This document shows positions 26,262 through 39,219 of a stretch of 64,000 bases of DNA, piece by piece; position 1 is the stretch's first letter; each line of letters starts with the position of its first letter. This DNA comes from Octopus sinensis. Lineage: Eukaryota. The stretch spans positions 47,306,001-47,370,000 of the forward strand of contig NC_043000.1 in NCBI RefSeq assembly GCF_006345805.1, given 5' to 3'. The notes below the pieces were generated by a model. The model ran no database searches and was not told the DNA's origin. It was given only the letters and a program-made list of their open reading frames with translations. The translations under genes were made by a program, and so were the position numbers.

Positions 26262-28479
26262 CTGAGAGTTTATCCAAAAATCAATCTAGCATGCCAGAAA
26301 TAAAAAATGAAAACAACACAAAGCCGCACATTGCAAAGAAGCTATGCTGATTGGCTTTAAATACATCTATTTCTCGATCTCTGGCTAGTTCGAGCTTTCC
26401 CAGATCTAAATAAAATCAAACGTCACCGAACACTACAATTCTTACTGCATACACACACACACACGTGCACACGCACACACACACGCGCGCGCGCACACAC
26501 ACACACGTGCACACACACACACACACATATACGTATATCCAAATTTGTATTATTGTGTATAGAACAGTATATTAATGAAATTCTATTTTGTGTGTGTGTG
26601 TATGTGTATAGATATATATACGTGTATATATATGCATGTATATATATATATAATTGTATATATATGCATGTATATATATATATATATATAGCACAATATA
26701 AATATTCCCAGTGAATAAACTATGCATTTACTCAGAGTTTCATCTAACAGTTCTTTTGAATCAATGGAATTTTTGGAATTTTTACGAGTAACATTTAACT
26801 CATTGACTAATTAAAAATCTTGGCAACTTGAAAATGTTCATTCTACTATATAATATCGTGGTGATTTTGAATATATTGAGCGATTTCCTTTTTGTCAATG
26901 GTCAAATGTAAGACATTCATATATTGAATCAATGTTATTTAAATATTTGAATAGTTAGATACATACATACATACTTACATACATACATATAACGGATATT
27001 TTCTATATATACATTATGGAGTTAGAAAGAGAAAACATTGTTAGATGGATGTTCAAGAGATTTATAAAAGAACTGATATAAAGAAAAATCGACACCTAGA
27101 TATTTTTGAGAGAAAAAGGAATAATGTTTTTAATTTTCTTAATAGAGTTTTTTTTTAATAAAAGTTTGTTTTCACTCATGTGAAAATTGTATAAATATTT
27201 TTTCTTAATATCTTAGAAATTATTCCGAAATTGGAAGGCAAAACTAATAAATGGACAGCGATTAGATCGTAACACTTCTCGAAGTAAAGTAAGCTAAGAT
27301 TAGAGAGAAATGTTGAAGGGATTAATTCAAGTATCTATAAGTATCAAAGAGAGGAAAATTATATACGCTTGTGGTTTATAGCTATTTAAATCTAATAGTC
27401 TTTATATTTAAGTTTAAATTATAAGTGTGTAAATGCAGCAAAAGCTGTGAGTACTATAAGGAGTAATTTGGAAATCATCTAAATTCAAATCGGAAAATAG
27501 AAAATAAATTAATATGTAACTATAAAAAATAAATTAATATGTAACTATTAAATGTGAGAATGATAATGCTAAAGAGACATAATGGAAATAAGAATTGTAG
27601 TTTAAATTTTGTTTGACCGCAGGGTATGAAGAGAAAAGATAAATTTGTCATGGCTTCCAACAACTATAAAAATGGAAATTATTTCCACAGTAGCAGCATC
27701 TCAGATAATTCTGTTCAAGGTTGGGGTAATCTATGTTTAAAAATTATATCTATAAATTTAACTCTAAATCTAAAATAAAATTAAATGGTTCTATAAAGTT
27801 TGAAGTTTGAAGTAGGAAAAGACTATGTCCATCTACAGATAAAAAATTTTGCGCAAAATATTATTTTATAGAAGAAATGTTAATGTACTTTTATGGAGAT
27901 TAAATTTATTGAAGATGATATTAGTAATAGCAACTATGCTAAACAGGAAAGCAGTCATAGTGAAAGAAGATAGTACTACATAGAGATTGTATAGAGTCGT
28001 ATCAGACTCGAAAATATAACTGTGCGATATTGTGAAACGATCCAATACAATACATATAGGCTAAATGTACTGGTAACAAACAAGAAACAGCAATATTGCA
28101 TACATTGTATACAATTAATTGATACCATATTGCTGTAATATGTACTGTTACTCAAACATGAGTAGCTACGTGATATGTAAACGCGGGATTAAGTGATGAC
28201 AAAAATACTGCGCAAATACAGGTTCTATTGTTCAAAATGTATGCAGAGTAGTCTGTAAAATGGCTGGTGAGCTTTGGTGTTCTGTGATTCTGAGAGACGA
28301 TTTTCAAAAAATATTGTTAAATATTTAGTGATAGACATTTCTTTACAATTCTTAAATTTCTCTGCTGACGAATAATCTTCAATGATGCCCAAAATTATTT
28401 AACAACGAACTTATGCGAAGCACAGCATACAAGGCATCATCACTAACAGCCACTCACAAAGAAGATTTACTCTTTAATG

Positions 28480-28860
28480 TACCATTGAATTTACCAAAGA
28501 ATAGCAAATATATTCTTTAAAATCTACTCAAACATTTTCCATCGCAACACATACCACAAAAATGTAGCAAAATCACATTCAAATTCCTTACGTCATATGC
28601 ATAAATTTAAGGTACCATCAGTCAATTCATAATGAAACCAACCTTTCGGTATTTGTGCACATTATCCTGTAATTACAATCAATTAACCATTGGACTACAA
28701 ATGAAACGCTAACGAAATAATTTATTGCACCACTAACAAAATCAACAACCTATGGAAGTCGCATCAACGTATTTACACCTTCAGTCACCAAATTAAAAGC
28801 ACTGACAACTTTTTTACAAAGTTTTTTTTAGAAAGTAAATTCGAAACAAGAATTGTAGCA
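28480..28860 (+). mobile_element. Decayed Penelope-like ORF remnant (region upstream of GIY-YIG)
   Basis: Frameshifted peptide pieces KHFP..H...KI..N.FK.SY...HN resemble the PLE linker motif HFP..H..HKIFN.NT.K.SYSC. Confidence 0.4.
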
Positions 28861-30009
28861 TCTGAAAGAATGCACCATGCTTTGCTAAAGCATTGAAAGG
28901 CAATATATGAATTGAAAGTTTTATCTACCAGAGAGAACATATTCCTTAGGATAGATATCTTAAATTGTAATACAGAACTGTACTAACATGGACAATTATG
29001 TTGTGACCTGTAAATAAAGAAAAACTCATCGGTCTGACTCTCATCTCAAGTTTCTGAATAGGTTCTCATGCAGATAAGTTGCCAGAGAACATTGCATATG
29101 GCTCTCCGTATATTTATCTATTGAGTAGTATGTAATGGTGCACTGGTAGATGTTGTTAGGCCATTCCATTATCAGTTTAGTTGTGACTAATACAATTACG
29201 CTTAGAAAGTAATAATAACAACTTTTCAGCTTTTTTTTAAATCCCAGCATTATAACGCAAAAAGTAAGATCTGTTAAATTGCAAGCTACTGTAAAGAACT
29301 TCCTCAGCAAAATTTCAAAACAGGAGACTAAATATGCATTGAATTCGCGCTGCACACATAGTTATGCGCACGCGCAACTAACTACACACACATATGCATA
29401 CATATATGCATACACACACACACACGCGCACCACATATAAATATATATATATATATAGCTATGTAGATAGCGTTGTCTGTTTGGAGAACAGAAATATGAG
29501 CGAGTAGCATTAAGAGTCTCCTAACCAACCAACTTATCTCTAAATTTAAAATATAATATTTTCTATGAAATTCAATTAAGCAAAATAAAGACTTGTAAGT
29601 CATTTATCTTAACACACTATTACATCTTAATAACATATGACAGATTGAATTTCAGGAACAATTTGTCTCCGAAGTAACATACTGATGTCTACCTACATAG
29701 CTAATTAAACTATCATTACTAAATGCATTATGTATAATGATATTTAGTGTAGTATTGGTTATAATTATATTTAAAGTTTTAGAGAGTTTTACAACACGCC
29801 AATCCACTGCGGTTTTGTGTTCTGTGCTTAATTATTTTTCTTTTGCATTATCGATTCTGTGTTCTATAAATCCCGATTTTTTCCCTTTTTTATAATTTGA
29901 CTTTAATATTACTTTTATCCGTTATCTTCGTGACAAGTACAAGAACCGATTCCTTTCGTCTACCCAGCATTTTGTTGTTGTTCTTCCACCCCTTTTACAT
30001 TGCTTTTAC

Positions 30010-31470
30010 ATTGCTATTTTTGTTATGTATTTGTCTGAATATTTTTTTACCATGCCTAATGCACCTACTATGATAGGAATTGTTTCTGTTTTTAGATTCC
30101 ACATTCTGGTTACCTCTATTTCCAGGTCTTTGTATTTTGAAAGTTTCTCCATTTCTTTTAGAGACACGTTGTCATCCGCTGGTATTGATACATCAATTAG
30201 AAAACATTTTTTTCTTCATGATCTCTGACAACTATATCTGGTCTGTTGGCCTTAATTTCTCTATCTGTGTGTATCGGCATATCCCAGAGTATGGTTGCTT
30301 TCTCGTTTTCTGTGACCTTTTCTGGTGTGTGCCTATACCATCTTTTTTCTGTTGTTATTCCATAATGTTGGCATAGTTTCCAGTGTATATAGGTTCCAAC
30401 TCTGTCGTGTCTGTGAATATATTCCTTCTTAGCCAGGACTGGGCAGCTAGAGATAATATGATTTATTGTTTCCTGTCCATCTCCACATATTTTGCAGTTA
30501 CTTGTTATATTTCTTTTCATTACATGTTTTTGGTAATTTCTGGTGGGGAGGCTTTGAGTCCTGTATTTGCCATGAAAGGGCTTTTCTTGCCATCGTTTTA
30601 TCATGGTTCGTTGCTGTTCTATTTTTAGTTTGGATTTCATTTGTTTTATAGCTTTTGTTGTTTCTTCTTCTTCTTCTTCTTCTTCTTCTTCTTCTTCTTC
30701 TTCTTCTTCTTCTTCTTCTTCTTCTTCTTCTTCTTCTTCTTCTTCTTCTTCTTCATATTTGTTAGGTGGTATGATTTCTTGTTTGTATTTGTCAGCTTCC
30801 TTAAATACTGAGAACAGTTTTTTGTTTTGCTCGTGTTTTGCCGCTATTTGCATCAGTTTTCCTTCCTTCTGAAGTAGATATTTTTGCAGTCCTACGGCGG
30901 TTATTTTATAGTAGTTTTCCAGCTGTATAAGGCCTCTACCACCTTCTATACGTTGTATATATAGTCTTTCTATGTCAGATTTTGGGTGATGCATCCTAGA
31001 TTCTGTCATTATTTTTCTTGTTTTCCTATCTATTTTGGTCAGTTCATTTAGTGTCCAGTTAAGGATATTGTAGCTGTAACTTATAACTGGGACGGCTAAA
31101 GTGTTGATACCTATTATCTTGTTTTTCAGCATTGAGCTCTATTTTCAGTTTTGATCTAACTCGTCTATAATATTCTTTTTTTATTTTCTCTTTCATTTGT
31201 GTGTGTTGTGTCTTATCTAGTTCATGGATTCCTAAGTATTTGTAAGTTTGGCTTTGGTCTAATTCTTTTATTTCATTGGTTTTATCTAGTGTGATGTTGC
31301 TACTCTTAACTAGTTTTCCTCTTTTCAGGGTTACTTTGGTGCATTTCTCTAATCCAAATTTCATATCTATTTCTTTGGTAAATCTATGAACTGTCTTTAT
31401 TTGTGTTTCCAGCTGTTTGTCATTTGTAGCGTATAGTTTTAGGTCATCCATATATAAAAGGTGGCTGATC
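30010..31470 (-). mobile_element. R4/Dong-like RLE LINE fragment, copy A (RT C-terminus to RLE)
   Basis: Motifs LYMDDLKLY, FGLEKC, YKYLG, RLYIQRIEGGRGL, CCHC knuckle CKICGDGQETINHIISSC, RHD, NRPDIV and LIDVSIP. Frameshifts near 31130 and 30200. 5'-truncated at a (TAA)n tract. Confidence 0.92.
30662..30754. repeat. (TTC)n tract, in-frame poly-Glu inside the LINE ORF
   Basis: About 31 trinucleotide units within ORF 30197..31132. Confidence 0.95.
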
Positions 31471-31471
31471 G

Positions 31472-31490
31472 TTATTATTATTATTATTAC

Positions 31491-31556
<66 letters not shown>

Positions 31557-31568
31557 CATTATTATTAC

Positions 31569-31615
<47 letters not shown>

Positions 31616-31625
31616 TATTATTATT
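31472..31625. repeat. (TTA)n microsatellite between two Dong-like copies
   Basis: Direct repeat. Confidence 0.95.
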
Positions 31626-32160
31626 TACATTTAATCTGCATGTTTGTTACAATCACTTGCCGAGGCACACCCAGCATCCTATGGTGAGTGAAGGATGAGA
31701 GATGTCACAGTATGACTGGAAGCTTGGGGAGGGGCAAGTAACAGGAGCAGTAGCAAAATACCTTCGTGTAATACAACACATACATTAATATTGATAGGCT
31801 TCTTCTTCGAATGTGGACAGTACTTGTCAGCACAATATTTTGGATTTCTCTGAGACATAGATCCCCTGCTATATTATCTAGATGTTTCTGACATCCCTTT
31901 CTTATCATACTTAGGGTACTCACAATAACAGCAACAGTTCTCGCTTTAGGAGGCTACATCTTTTGTATTTCAGTTTCCAGGTCCTTACACTTTCTTAATT
32001 TGTCAAATTCCTTTACAGGTATATTTTCATCAGTGTGAATACTTACATCTATTAGTCTAGAAGTATTTTAGCTTTAGTCTTTAATGATTATGTCTAGTCG
32101 ATTAGCCTAACCGTACTGTCGGCGTTGACTAGAAAGTACTAGACAATAGTGACATTCTTA
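31625..32160 (-). mobile_element. R4/Dong-like LINE 3'-end fragment, copy B
   Basis: Decayed ANRLDIIIK..RLIDVS..KEFDKL.K.KDLETEIQKM..LSMIRKGCQKHLDNI..REIQNIVLTSTVHIRRRSL, then a 3' UTR ending at (TAA)n. Confidence 0.8.
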
Positions 32161-32533
32161 CGTTCAATGACTAGCTCAGCATGATATTTGTACCAGTAAG
32201 CAGGAGTGCTGATTTTGTAGTGTTTACAAATTTTCCAATGTAAATACTAACCGACCATATCGTGGCCATTTTTGTATTCGAGACGAACTGTTCTATTATT
32301 TCGCCTAATGTACTGTAGAATCCGCATTTAGGGTCAGAACCGTTTTGAGGAACGTTAGCCTGGTAGTTTTGGGCAAGCAATCTTTGATCTTGTGCCGCAA
32401 ATATGAAACCTTCAGTCTCTGCATTCAGTCCTGAGTTTCTCGACTACTAATGGATTGCTACTTGGTCTGTATCAGTATTTTGGCTTCGAAATATATACTG
32501 TCCATGCAGAGGCTTCTGACTCTACCGCTTATC

Positions 32534-32581
<48 letters not shown>

Positions 32582-32720
32582 GATTGTTGCTGTTGTTGTT
32601 ATTGTTATTATTATTATATATTTTAAATATGTTTACATTTCGCGTTGTGGCTTATGATTTAAAATGCTGGTATACCTATATTAATTTCCAATTTTTCCAA
32701 TTCCCCCTATATTGTACATG

Positions 32721-32845
32721 ATTAATTAATTAATTAATTAAATAATTAATTAATTAATTAATTAATTAATTAATTAATTAATTAATTAATTAAATAATTA
32801 ATTAATTAATTAAATAATTAATTATTTAAATAATTAATTAATTAA
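32721..32845. repeat. Self-complementary (TAAT/TTAA)n microsatellite
   Basis: Direct tandem repeat that is its own reverse complement. Confidence 0.95.
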
Positions 32846-33376
32846 CAATACTGCCAGTAGCTGAACAGTTATGTAAATTTAACTTAGTATTCAGTTGTGT
32901 CCTGGTTTGTGTTTGATAACAATAGTAACAATTTCTCTGTTTTCTCATAAACCCAAAACGAAATTACTTGTTCTCCGATGAATTACAAACAGATATAGAA
33001 GAACTCGGGTCAAAATACCAATATTTTTTCTGCCATTGTGAGATATGCATATTTGTAAAAGATTTGTATATATTTTGTAATGTACCTTATAATTTGAAAA
33101 TCATTGTTAAATCTACATTAAGTTTCAGGCTATCCAATATTCAGTGCCATGCATAATTGCTATATAAATACACTTGCATGCTTATATGAACAGAAATCGA
33201 CATATATTCACAACAATACATACGCACATTTATTTATAGGTATATACATGCGTGATTGCACGAATGTATATGTATATGCGTGCATACACACATTCTCGCA
33301 CACACATACATGCATATACATATACACACACATACATATATGCATATCTATATACACACACATATATATACATAAA

Positions 33377-34870
33377 CACAGTATCCGTTTCGGTCATTGA
33401 GACTTTTTCAATTGTAAGTATGGAAAACAATTAAATTTTGGAAGAATTACATGAAAAGTTTTTTAAAAGAATATTTGCATATTATCCAAATACAAGGGGC
33501 AGTTCCCTTGTTTTTGCCTGTCTCTGTCTCTCTTGTGAATTCGAGATCGTTGTGATTTCTTGGCAGTGAAGAAGAAGAAGAAGAAGAAGAAGAAGAAGAA
33601 GAAGAAGAAGAAGAAGAAGAAGAAGAAGAAGAAGAAGAAGAAGAAGAAGAAGAAGAAGAAGAAGGAAAGAATGCGAGACTGCTTTGATAGTTGTAGGTTG
33701 TTAAATCGTCAAGTGCCCTGAAGGTGACTTGTTGAGGATGGTAGTAGTGATTGAATTCTTGAGATATCTATTTTGAATGTATTGCTTATAACCTGATATA
33801 CGCACTAACGTGCTCTGGATATCAAGAGCAATACATAGGCCAAATAAAAAACAGTCTACGTCAAAGGATGTCTTTACACTGATCCCAGATCATAATTCCC
33901 CAAAAAATAGAAAGATAGCATTCAGCCACAACATCGATATTTGCGCCAATAACAAAAATCCACGCTTCAAAATTTTTCCCATCTATCAATTCAGGGACGA
34001 TACAACCAGTAGCCAACGAATTAGTAAAGAGTCTTTCTTCATCATAAAACACAGACCCCTTGTGAACGCATCTGCAACAAATGGTATATCCACCACGACC
34101 TTAGAATAATACTCTCGAAAATATTTAAAACGATACCTTCAAAAGAGATACCCAAGAATTCATTAAAAACAGTCCTGATCACTGCTATAATCCACAACGA
34201 GTTACTTTTAGGTCACTTGACCATTTAACATCCTACTACTACTATACCATCCCGCATTCTTTTGTTATTCTTTCTCTTCTTCTCCTTCTTCTGCTTATTC
34301 GTCTTCTTCCTCTCCACCACCTCCTTTCTTACTTTATTACTACTGCTGTTTAGATTATTATAAACAATACGCAAATATTATAAACAATACATTCAAAAGA
34401 GATATATCATGAATTCAATCTCTACTACCATCCACAACATGTCACTTTCAGGGCACTTGAGCAATTAACATCCTACCTACTATCAACGCACTCACGCATT
34501 CTTTTCTCCTCCTCCTCCTTATTCTTCTTTTGTTCTTCTTTTGTTCTTCTTCTTCTTCTTCTTTTTCTTCTTCTTCTTCTTCTTCTTCTTCTTCTTCTTC
34601 TTCTTCTCCTTCTTCACTGCCAAGAATTCACAACAACCTCGAACCCACAACAGTAAGCAAGACAGACAGAGACAGGCAGAAAGAAGGAAAATGTCCCTTG
34701 TATTTGAATACTATGCAAATAGTCTTTTAAAAAACTTTTCATTTAATTCTTCCAAAATTTAATTGTTTTCCATACTTACAGTTGAAAGAGTCAAATGATC
34801 GAAACCGGTGCTGAAATGCTTTTTATAAAATTATTTTAGCATTTCCTACCTTGACTTTTTCCCATATATA
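33377..34870 (+). mobile_element. Penelope-like element remnant with inverted and direct terminal repeats
   Basis: Left arm 33377..33795 is a diverged reverse complement of 34375..34813. A partial third copy lies at about 34130..34330. The central ORF 33810..34109 ends with the GIY-YIG-type RISKESFFIIKHRPLVN. Hammerhead-like motifs sit at both outer ends. Confidence 0.72.
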
Positions 34871-35125
34871 TATATATATAACGGAGTTGGCGTTCTGTCG
34901 ACTAAATTCCTTCACTATACTGCACGTCACAATGTCGCAATAAATATTTAACAGAAATTTAAGAGGTAAAAATATGAGACATTCTCTTTGAAAATTACAA
35001 TGAATAACTTATAGCTATTAGTTATTTCATTTTAGATGTCTTTCAGTAGATGATTAATGAGATACATATAAGTTAGTATGTAAGTACATCATACACATAG
35101 ATAGTATATGTGTGTATGTGTATGC

Positions 35126-35200
<75 letters not shown>

Positions 35201-35714
35201 ATATATATATATCTGTATGTATGCATGTATGTATGTATGTACGTACAAATGTACGTATGTTTGTATGTGTATTTATTTAGGTAGGTAGCCTCTTACTGCC
35301 AAATACACCAAACATTCGTGACAATCACAAACAAGGCTATGCACTTACTTGATACACATTAACCACACTAATACACTAATATGTTTGTACTAGCCATCAC
35401 GCTCACATACAGACTCACACATATGTGTATGTATAGGAACAATAACACAGATGCACTCCTATCTATGCATACGCAAAAAAATATTATCACATCCAAGTAC
35501 CTACACAGCTACATACATATATCTCATGACATCCAAATTTTATTTACAGAACATTTCTCGATAACTAAAAATATTACCATTCTTTTAGTATTGCGAATAT
35601 AATAATGATATCCCTTTTTATAATAGAAGTTCTACATCTACACAATTTTTGCGAGATGACTTGTGAAGATATGTCTTTTTGCGAGATACCAGTGATAAGT
35701 CTTTGGTTTTGAGA

Positions 35715-35935
35715 AATATCATTGGTTTCAAATGTTTGCCCCATGCCAGCAATTTCTGGGAAGGGCTTAAATAGATTATATCAACCCCAGTGTTCAACTG
35801 GTTCTTATCTAATTAACCCTGTATAGATGAAATGCAAGTACAACCCCGATGGATTTTGAACTCAGAAGGTAGAGATATGTGAAATGCTGCTAACGCTTTC
35901 GCCCGTTGTGCTAACCATTCTGCCAGCTCGCCGCG
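35715..35935 (-). mobile_element. SINE family 2 copy
   Basis: The reverse complement begins GCGGCGAGCTGGCAGAATGGTTAGCAC, matching the head at 62638. Confidence 0.8.
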
Positions 35936-35979
35936 TTTATTCTTAAGCAAAAGCATTCACATCTCTTCGATTTTGTGAA

Positions 35980-36970
35980 AGGACTGTGATAATTCTTTCG
36001 TAGGCAAAGGTGATAGTGGATATTCTTTTGTCTTGAAAATGGTAGTAGTAAGGTAAGAATGTCGTAGATTATAGTAGATTATCGATTAGATTATAGTGGA
36101 AGACTTTCATTTTGAGAGATTATTGTTTGGGCTTCATTGTTGAGATTTTTCTTTCTTATTTTTAAAAAAGATTGTTGTGATAATTCTATTTCAAAAATAA
36201 CAACAGTAAGATTTTTCTTTTGAACGCTGGCACTTGCCCTGGCACTGATAATTTATCCTTTCTGTGGCACCATAAGGACTATACGTTCTTTAGAAGTGAT
36301 AGCATCACTTATTTCTTTAGCTATAGCGGTACTAATTTGTAATGTTTACAATAGATCATAATGTTAACGCTAATATATGGCACAAATTCGTCGGATCTAC
36401 TGTATCTTAGCAGGATTGTAGACTTAAACTATCACCCACCCAGAGAATGAAAAGTTGCTTCTTGGTAGCCGTCCCATTTTTATAGGTAAGAGAATGCTGA
36501 TAATGGTCTCTCCTAGGTTTGAAAATTGATAGTGGTAACACGTCGTTTCTGTGAAATGATAGATATAATTCATCGTTTGTGAGAGAGAATTGGGTTAACT
36601 TTTCCTTTCTGAGAGATGACTGTAGTAGCTATTTTTAGTTTTTGGTTTCTGTTGTGTGTTTTTAATTCAAGAATCCCTTATCGGCCAGTTTTTTATTTGG
36701 TAGGAATCACAGAAGTAATTCTTCGATTTCAAGACATGATAGTGGTAAGTCTTTTGGTGGAGACGTTAATGGAAACTATTTATATTTTCGATATGATCGT
36801 GATGGCTATTTTTCTAAAGTTGGCAGTGGTAAATCTTCTATTTTGAAAGATAGGCGAAATAACTATTTTTTTTTATGATGGATGATTGTGGTAACACTTC
36901 GTTCTTTTTTCTTTTTTTAGAAATGATTGCGGGAACTATTCTTTTTGATAGATAGCAGCGGTAACTCATT
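35980..36970. repeat. Ancient degenerate minisatellite, unit about 30 nt
   Basis: Recurrent motif resembling GARAGATGATWGTGGTAACTATTYTTTT at roughly 30-nt spacing. Confidence 0.5.
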
Positions 36971-37527
36971 CTGATTTTCGTTCTTTGTGTGTTTTTTATT
37001 AATTCAAGAGTCACTTAGCAACAGGATTACATGTGTATTCTTTCTGTCTAAATCATGTAAGCAACAATGAAATATGTTACATTAAAAAGAATTTCCCTAT
37101 TGTATCTTTTCAATTCTTTCTTTCATTCTTTCTTACTACGTCCTGTCTCACTTATTCAATCACTCTTTCTTTTCCTCTCTGCTTCTCTTCTATTTCTTTT
37201 ATTTATATATTTATAAAATATCTGTCCTTTCCAGATGAATTTCATATTATTTCCCATTCCCTTCATATAATTCAAATTCAACTGCTACTCTATAAATAAA
37301 CAGACACAACCTCTCCTCACCCTGCATTTACGCCAGACGTACTAATACACATTTACATATGAAAATACAGATGCATATTTTGTTTGAATGCATATATATC
37401 TGTGGATGTGTATGCATATGTATATATATATATATGTATATATATATGTACCTTCGTATATCTATATATTATATACATACAAATATATGTATATATAAAT
37501 ATATATACGGATACGTCTATACGTATA

Positions 37528-37563
<36 letters not shown>

Positions 37564-37675
37564 TACATTTCTACGTTTATGTATACACATATTCTTCTAA
37601 GTGTACGCACACATTTACATTTAGATGCACTAGTATAAATATATGTATTTATGTAGATATATACGTGTATATATG

Positions 37676-37708
<33 letters not shown>

Positions 37709-37771
37709 GTGTATATAATACACACGCTCACACACACACACATATATATATATATACATACATATATATAT

Positions 37772-37818
<47 letters not shown>

Positions 37819-38108
37819 TATGTCCTTCATTTATATGAATAAATTTTTTAGGTTTGTCATATTTGTCAGTTCAATTAAGGAATACACAAATATTACCAGT
37901 ATTGGATTTAGAATTCTGGAATGTTTTCTATGGTTCCAAACAACATTATTTTCAAATTCAGTAGACTGATAACATATATACATGCATGAATACATACATA
38001 CCTGCATATATACACACACACATGCATACATACAGACCTATTTATATATGTATGTATATTCATGTATACATGTATGTATCTATACATATAAATATATGCA
38101 TGCACATA

Positions 38109-38109
38109 C

Positions 38110-38144
<35 letters not shown>

Positions 38145-38278
38145 TGATAACAATAATAATAAGTAATAATAATAATAATGACAATAATAATAATAATAAT
38201 AATAATATAATAATAAAATAATAATAATAATAATAATAATCATAATAATAATAATAATCATACTTATTATTATTATCA

Positions 38279-38317
<39 letters not shown>

Positions 38318-38352
38318 TATTATTATATTATTATTATTATTATTATTATTAT
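38109..38352. repeat. (AAT)n immediately followed by (ATT)n
   Basis: The strand polarity of the triplet repeat switches near 38261. Confidence 0.9.
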
Positions 38353-38796
38353 GTGTGTATATGAATATATGAATGGATGTGTGTGTGTGTGTGTGTGTCG
38401 GTAGTGTTATTTTGCGATATGTCATGTCTCATTACTAGAGTGGTAAATTTGGCAGGAATTGTAGTGTGTGTCAGATTAAACGAAAATAAATACATAAATA
38501 AACTGAAGCGCTGTTATGTTGCCAATAACCGTGTCTTTTAGTTTTACATCTGCCACATTTTAAAGAATGCAAGGAAGACATTGCGTGTGAGAGGTAACGA
38601 ACGTCTCAGTCGAAGAGAAGGATACTAGGAGGCAGATGTCTTCGCTGTTGTTTATCTCGATATTGGCTTGAATGGACTTAAGTATAGCCTTGTGGTTAAG
38701 TCGTTCGCTTTACAAAACCCGGCACCGTCGACAAAAGAAGTTGATAATACTTTCTGACTAACCCAAGAATCATTCATGAATTATTTAAATTATTTA

Positions 38797-39219
38797 GGCG
38801 TAGGAGTGGCTGTGTGGTAAGTAACTTGCTTACGAACCACAAGGTTCCGGGTTCACTCCCACTTCATGGTACCTTGGGCAAGTGTTTTCTACTATTGCCT
38901 CGGGCCGACCAAAGCCTTGTGAGTGGATTTGGTAGACAGAAACTGAAAGAAGCTCGTCGTATATATGTATATGTATATATATGTGTGTATGTGTTTGTGT
39001 ATATGTTTGTGTGTCTGTGTTTGTCTCCCCAACATCACTTCACAACCGATGCTGGTGTGTTTACTTCCCCGTAACTTAACGGTTCGGCAAAAGAGACCGA
39101 TAGAATAAGTACTAGGCTTACAAAGAATTAGTCCTGAGGTCGATATGCTCAACTAAAGGCAGTGATCCAGCATGACCACAGTCACATGACTGAAACAAAT
39201 AAAAGAGTAAAAGAGTAAA
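38797..39219 (+). mobile_element. tRNA-derived SINE family 1, full length
   Basis: Head GGCGTAGGAGTGGCTGTGTGGTAAG through tail AAAAGAGTAAAAGAGTAAA. Confidence 0.92.
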
